A stretch of 64,000 bases of DNA from the human T2T-CHM13v2.0 reference genome, Homo sapiens: the NCBI RefSeq assembly GCF_009914755.1, contig NC_060925.1. The stretch is one strand, 5' to 3'. The position numbers were made by a program, and so were the translations under genes. A model generated the notes under the pieces. It ran no database searches, was not told where the DNA came from, and saw only the letters and a program-made list of their open reading frames with translations. Shown one piece after another: positions 53,977 through 64,000 of the stretch (the stretch's first letter is position 1; each line of letters opens with the position of its first letter).

Positions 53977-55353
53977 TAAATAAGCACAGGCATTGAGGGG
54001 ATATTAAAATAATTCTGAGTTGAGGAGAGAGAGTTCCAAGGAATTCAACAGAGAAACTGGTGAGGGCTTTTGAAAAGCAGATGCTGATCCCTGTCCTCCG
54101 TGGGTTTAACTCCAAGGTGGTGAATGCACTTAGAGAAAATTGGGGATTTTGGAGTCATGGATGGAGTCCTGTGCTCTGCTTCTCTTGTGTACTGGGAGGC
54201 AGCAAGCACCCATTCCCTATGTCATCATGGTTTTGGGAGTAGAGAGGAGACACTGTCTGAGACTTCCAGGCCCAAGGGCCAGAGGCAGACTCTGAGCTCC
54301 TTCACTGGCTGTCAGAGCATTGAGAGGAGCACCGTGTTTCTGGTGCAGCCTAGAGAATCGTGGATGTGACGCTGGAAAGTAAAGGAGCTGACGGTGCCTG
54401 GAGGCCAGGGCAATTCCCCCATTATGCTATTGTCAGGAGACTCTGAGAGCCCCCAGAAACCTAAATGCCATAGCAGAGGGAAAAAAAATTGGGAAAAAGT
54501 ATAAAGGGACAGCATTTTTCCTGAATCACCTAAGAATACTGGGTATGACAAACTTTACTCTTAATTGGCAATGTTGCATCCCATTACTGATGGAGTAGGA
54601 ACTTAAGGAAAAAGCCATGTTTAGTTCAAGAGGAAAAAAAAATTTCCTATATGTCTAAGTATGTGGCTTGAATATTCTTACCTGCTGTATGCATACATTC
54701 TAAGAAAACTCATTAATCTGGAGGAATTATGGGTGGAAGCAGTGTAGTCTAAACCTATAATGAGAAAGAAAATCTCTTCAATTAGCAAGAAGTTCCCTTG
54801 CTCTTGTAGTCAGTTTCTTAAAGGAATATAGACCAAAGGCTTATCCGAATCATGAAAAGAAAACAATATTAATTTCTTGTGAATTTTCTCTTTGATTCCA
54901 AAGGAAGAACTCTGGATGCTTTTTATTGTGTGCATTGGGGATTTGAGGGATGCTGGCCATTCTTTTCCTAGATGAATTAACATGCTAAAGTAATACCCAG
55001 AAAGCTTGTTTCCCTAAAGAAAAAATATATAAACTTAACTATGTAGAAATTCCAGCAAAAAGATTGAAGGACACCAAGGACACCTAAGTAATAGAAATGT
55101 GAATTTTGAGAAACAACAGTGGAATAATTTCCTAAAAGAAATGTCTCAGATGCTAGATGTGAAAGAAGAGGCGAATGCCAAACTGTGGAGTGAAAGCACG
55201 AGGATTGGAACAGGAGTGCAAAAGGAGTGTGAGAGTTAAACCCTGGAATTAATGAATAACTCTGAACTTATTCAAGAAGTAATGGATGGTTATATCAACT
55301 GGAAATATTTCATTCAATAATAAAAGGTTGTCATAAACAAAATTTTAAAGTAG

Positions 55354-55688
<335 letters not shown>

Positions 55689-56084
55689 AAAAATGGTTGA
55701 GTTCTTAATTTAGGATTCTTTGCCATTAGCCCACAGATGTCTGTGACATATTTGGCTCCCTCACCTTCAATCACTGGGGGGATTCTGAGCCTTCCCTATT
55801 ATTGAATGGTGAGTATCATATGTTCCAGAATTAACCAGGAGACACAAGCTGTACATGCTCATGCGCGTATCTTTCCCAACTTAGGTGCTTTGCTTCAGTG
55901 AATAAGCCAACTGGAGCGGTGGCCAATGGTGGGTGCTCCTGGCACCCCCTTCGACTACATCAGCACCAAGACATGCTTTTGTTTGTTGTGTCTTTAAAAA
56001 TCTTGCTTTCATATGAATTTCTTACATTTGTTAGTTTTAAAAATATACTTAAATTAAAAATCATACATTTCAGACTCTATTTTT

Positions 56085-56680
56085 AAATTTTTTTATTTGT
56101 ATAAATTTAAGGCGTATAAGTGCAGTTTTGTTACATTGATATATTGTGCAGTGGCGAAGTCTGGGCTTTTAGTGTATGCATCACCTGAGTAACGTACATT
56201 GTACCCATTAAGTAATTTCTAATCCCTTACCCTCTTACCACCGTTTCACCCTTCTGATTGTCTAATGTCTATTATTCCACACTCTATGTCAATGTGTACA
56301 CATTATTTAGCTCCCGCTTATAAGTAAGAATGTGCAGTATTTGACTTTCTGTTTCTGAGCGGTTATACTTAAAATAATGGCCTCAAGTACCATCCATGTT
56401 GCTGCAAAAGAACATGATTTCATTCTTTTTTATGGCTCAACAGTATTCTATTGTGTGTGTGTATATGTGTGTATGTGTGTGTATGCATAAATACCACATT
56501 TTCTTTATCCAGTCATCCACTGATGGACATTTTAGATTGATTTCGTATCATTGCTATTGTGAATGATGCTGCAATAGACATAGAAGTACAGCTATTTTTT
56601 AATATAATGATTTCTTCTCCTTTGAGTAGATACCCAGCAAGATTGCTGAACTGTACATTAATTCTATTTTTAGTTCCCTG
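56085..56680 (-). mobile_element. L1MA/L1PB-type 3' end fragment
   Basis: ataaatttaaggcgtataagtgcagttttgttaca...gctcccgcttataagtaagaatgtgcagtatttgac. Confidence 0.75.
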
Positions 56681-57184
56681 GAGACTCTATTTTTTCTATT
56701 TTCCAGTCTTCACCAGTTTTCCCAGTAATCCCATTGTCTGCTCCAGGATCCAATTCAAGACGCCATATTGTACGTAGTTTTCATGGCTGTATATTCTCCT
56801 CCAGTCTATGACAAGAAGTTTTAATAAATAAATGTTTTGATATCTAACAATTCTTTTAATCTATGTAAATTGAAAACAAGAGAAGAAAAAGTCCAAAAGT
56901 TATATATGGCTACGACATATGTTAAGGATGACTGAGACACAATACAGTGCCTTAAACTGCACTAACAAATTTATTTAAATAAGATAAAATTCAACAATTT
57001 TAATGTACAGTCCTATAAATTTTGACAAACACATACATCTGTGCAGCTGTATGTTATAATCAAGACATAGAATAGTTCCATCACCCACAAAAAATATTTT
57101 ATCTATAGTCAATCAGTGCCCTAAAACATCCAGCCAAACACTCCCCTAAAACACTCAGCCGTGGCAACAACTTTATTGGCATGA

Positions 57185-60570
<3,386 letters not shown>

Positions 60571-61011
60571 GGCTCGTATTAGTTAAGATTTGTCATGTTT
60601 CTGGAATCTTCTGTTGTGGAACAGAATCAACATTCTTTTTTTAACTTTTATTTTAAGTTCAGAGGTACAAGTGCAGGTTTGTTATAGTACATAGGTAAAT
60701 GTGTGTCATGGGAGTTTGTTTTAAATATTATTTAATCATGCAAGTATAAAGCCTAGTACCCATTAGTTAGTTTTTCTGATCCTCTCCCTCGTCCCCCCTC
60801 TACCCTCTAAATGGCCCCAGTGTGTGTTGTTCCCCTCTATGTGTCCATGTGTTCTCATCATTTAGCTCCCACTTATAAGTTAGAACGTGCAGTATTTGGT
60901 TTTCTGTTCCTGTGTTAGTTTGCTAAGGATAATGGCCTCCAGCTCCATCCATGTTCCCACAAAAGATATGCTCTCATTCTTTTTTATGGCTGTATAGTAT
61001 TCCATGGTGTA

Positions 61012-62343
61012 TGATATGGTTTGGCTCTGTGTCCCCACCCAAATCTCATCTCAAATTGTATTCTCCATGTGTCAGGGGAGGGACCTGGTGGGAGGTGATT
61101 GGATCATGGGGGTGGATTTTCCCCATGAGAACCATGCTGTTCTCATGATAGTTCTCACAAGATCTGATGGTTTAAAAGTATGGCACTCCCACCCTCACTC
61201 TCTCCTCTGCTGCCACCTTGTAAGATGTGCCTTGCTTCCCCTTCACTTTCCACCATGATTATAAGTTTCCTGAGGCCTCCCTAGCCATGCATAACTGTGA
61301 GTCAATTAAACCTCTTTCCTTCATAAATTACCCAGTCTCAGGTAGTTCTTTATAGCAGTGTGAAGAAAGACAAATACAGAAAATTGGTATTGAGAAAGTG
61401 GGGCACTGCTATAAAGATACCTGAAAATGTGGAAACAACTTTGCAACTCGATAATGGATAGAGGTTGGAACAGTCTGGAGGGCTCAGAAGAAGACAGGAA
61501 GATGTGGGAAAGTTTGGAACTTCCTAGAGACTTGTTGAATGGACTTAATCAAAATGATGATAGTGATAGGGACAATGAAGTCCAGGCTGAGCTTTTCTTA
61601 GATGGAGATGAGGAACTTATTGGAAACTGGAGTAAAGGTCACTCTTGCTATGCTTTAGCAAAGAGACTGGTGGTATTTTGCCTGTGCCCTAGAGATCTGT
61701 AGAATTTTGAACTTGACAGAGATGATTTAGGGTAGCTGGTGGAAGAAATTTCTAAGCAGCCAAGCATTCAAGATGTGGCCTGGCTTTTTCTGAAAATGTA
61801 GTCATCTGTGTTCACAAAGAAATGGTCTGAAATTGGAATCTATGTTTAAAAGGACAGCAGAACATAAAAGTTTGGAAAATTTGCAGCCTGACCATGTGGT
61901 AGAAAAGAAAACCCCTTTTTCTGGGAGAAATTGAAACCCCATTGACTGCAGAAATTTGCGTGCATAAATAAAGAGAAACAGAATGCTAATAACCAAGACA
62001 ATGGTGGTGTCTTGCCCTGACATGTCTCCAGGGCATTTCAGAGATCTTCATGGCAGCCCCTCCCATCACAGGCCTGCAAGCCTAAGATGAAAAAATGGTT
62101 TCCTGGGCAGGGCCCAGGGCCCCACTGGTCTGTTCAGACTTGGGACATAGCACCCTGCAACCGAACCACTCCATCTCCAGTAATGGCTTTAAAAGGGGTC
62201 AAGGTACAGCTCAGGCCATGGCTTCAAAGGGTGCAAGCCCCAAGCCTCAGTGGCTTGAGGTATTAGACCTATGGGTGTGCAGAAGACAAGAGCTGAGATT
62301 TGGGAACCTCCTCCTAGATTTCAGAGGATCTATGGAAATAACT
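61012..62343 (+). mobile_element. THE1D-like 5' LTR (61012-61378) plus truncated internal region, no 3' LTR
   Basis: tgatatggtttggctctgtgtccccacccaaatctc...aaataca, then MaLR internal ORF relic (GWNSLEGSEEDRKMWESLELPRDLLNG); TSD GTGTA 61007-61011 / 62344-62348. Confidence 0.88.
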
Positions 62344-62668
62344 GTGTATATGTGCATATTTTCTTTATCCAGCCTATTGTTGATGGGCATTTAGGTTGAT
62401 TCCATATCTTTACTATCCTGAATAGTGTTGCAATGAACATAAGTGTGCATGTGTCTTTATAACAGAATGATTTATATTCTTTAAGGTATACACCCAGGAA
62501 TGAGATTGCTGGGTTGAATGGTATTTCTGTCTTTTGGTTTTTGAGGAATTGCCACTCTGTCTTCCACAATGGCTGAACTAATGTACACTCCCACCAATAG
62601 TGTATAAGCATTCCTTTTTCTTTACAACCTCGCCAGCATCTGTTATTTTTTGACTTTTTAATAATAGC

Positions 62669-63033
62669 TATATTAGTTTGTTCTCACACTGCTCTGAAGA
62701 ACTTCCTGAGACTGGGTAATTTATGAAGAAAAGAAGTTTAATTGACTCACAGTTCCATAGGCTTAACAGAAAGCATGACTGGGAGGCCTCAGGAAACTTA
62801 CAATCATGGTGGAAGGTGAAGGGAGAGCAAGCACCTTCTTCACATGGTGGCAGGAGAGAGAGAGCAAAGGAAGAAGTGCCACACTCTTTTAAACCATCAG
62901 ATCTCATGAGAACTCAATTACCATTGTGAGAACAGCAAAGATAACCTGCCTCCATGATCTAATCACCTCCCAACAGGCCCCTCCTCCAATTTGACATAAG
63001 ATTTGGGCAGGGACACAAATCCAAACCATATCA
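62669..63033 (-). mobile_element. MSTA/THE1D-like solo LTR
   Basis: Minus strand tgatatggtttggatttgtgtcc...actaata(t)a; TSD ATAGC. Confidence 0.88.
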
Positions 63034-64000
63034 ATAGCCGTTCTGATTGGTGTTAGATGGTAACACCAGAAAAGTGTCTGTTCATGTGCTTTGCCCACTT
63101 TTTAATGGGGTGGTTTGTTTTTTTCTTGTAAATTTGTTTAAGTTCCTTATAGATGTTGGATATCAGAGCTTTGCTGGATGCAGAGTTTGCAAAATTTTTC
63201 TCCCATTCTATAGATAATCTGTTTACTCTGTTCATAGTTTCTTTTCAACTCTGTTTACTCTAGTCACTGTTTTATCTCCAGCACCTGGAACAGTGCCTGA
63301 CACATAATGGTCACCCAATAAATATTTATCCTATGAATAAATGAATGTATAAGAAAGTCCCTCTGTTTTTCTAGGTATAACAAATTTCATCTCAGGCTGA
63401 TAAACAGGTAATATAAATTACATTTCTTAAGTGAAATTCATGTTGTTTTGCAAACTGCATGTTGAATCCATTATTCATTTTGGATATATCTCTTCTAAAA
63501 AGAAGCAAATAAGGACAATTAAATTTAGAAAATTGGTTTTCGAGTAAAACATAAGAAGCATAAGGAGAGATCAGTCACCCAACAGGTATATCTGAATGCC
63601 TTCCATTTGTCTAGCTCTATGATATGCACTATGGGGAGCAGGCACACAAAAGTACTGGAATGAGTCTCAGCAAATAGCTGCAAGAGAGTTAGGCAGAAGT
63701 TGATAGAGAAAAAATCAAAAGAAAAATAAACGCTAGATCTGCACATACCTGTGCCTCATTGAAAACATTTTTTAAAGATTTAGACAAAGAAGAAGTTAAA
63801 GTAGCTGAGACCCATGATAAGAGGGTCCAACCCACAAGGATTTATTGATCATTTTGGTTGACCTAAGAATGTCCAAGCAACATTCATCTACAAGCCTTAA
63901 TTACTGTTTCATTTTTTTATTTTCTGGCTACCCTACCTCTTGAAATATAAAATATTCTCTAACAATAAGTTCTTTCTAAATTGTTTTTTATGGTGAAAAA

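Larger units (their letters stand above)
60635..63250 (-). mobile_element. L1PA15/16-like 3' fragment hosting two MaLR insertions
   Basis: 3' UTR at 60635-61011; ORF2 C-terminal peptides 62330-62611 and 63053-63235. Confidence 0.85.

Noticed and set aside
54980-55330. Purine-rich stretch resembling a processed pseudogene fragment
   Set aside because: Stops in all frames, no recognisable parent protein, no polyA tail or TSD
55738-55960. Overlapping exon-like signals on both strands (plus 55738-55808 with ATG|GTGAGT; minus donor near 55775)
   Set aside because: Ambiguous acceptors, no recognisable peptide, cannot be placed in a consistent model

Overview
Primate genomic DNA, almost certainly human (it carries an LTR5_Hs and AluY copies). 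The window is repeat-dense and intergenic or intronic, with no protein-coding gene I can recognise. The main feature is a ~9.6 kb ERV9 (HERV9/LTR12) provirus on the minus strand (16515-26146) inside an L1MA 3' end. Its architecture is abnormal. A complete 3' LTR lies on the left. The 5' LTR and PBS are replaced by a 72-bp unrelated filler plus an inverted R-U5 segment, so both termini are U5 ends, yet a 4-bp target-site duplication (GCTG) is intact. A young 960-bp HERV-K(HML-2) LTR5_Hs solo LTR sits co-oriented in the ERV9 leader, ~500 bp upstream of gag. The rest comprises L1PA/L1PB/L1M fragments, Alus, MER4D, MER34, MLT1, THE1/MST, LTR16, Tigger3a/Tigger4, MER85, MER20, Kanga-like DNA transposons and microsatellites. 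There is also a local inverted duplication next to a ~1 kb TA-rich tract. A series of exon-like segments on the minus strand suggests a spliced lncRNA; three of them join into a 91-aa ORF. Repeat subfamily names come from recalled consensus sequences and need RepeatMasker/Dfam confirmation.
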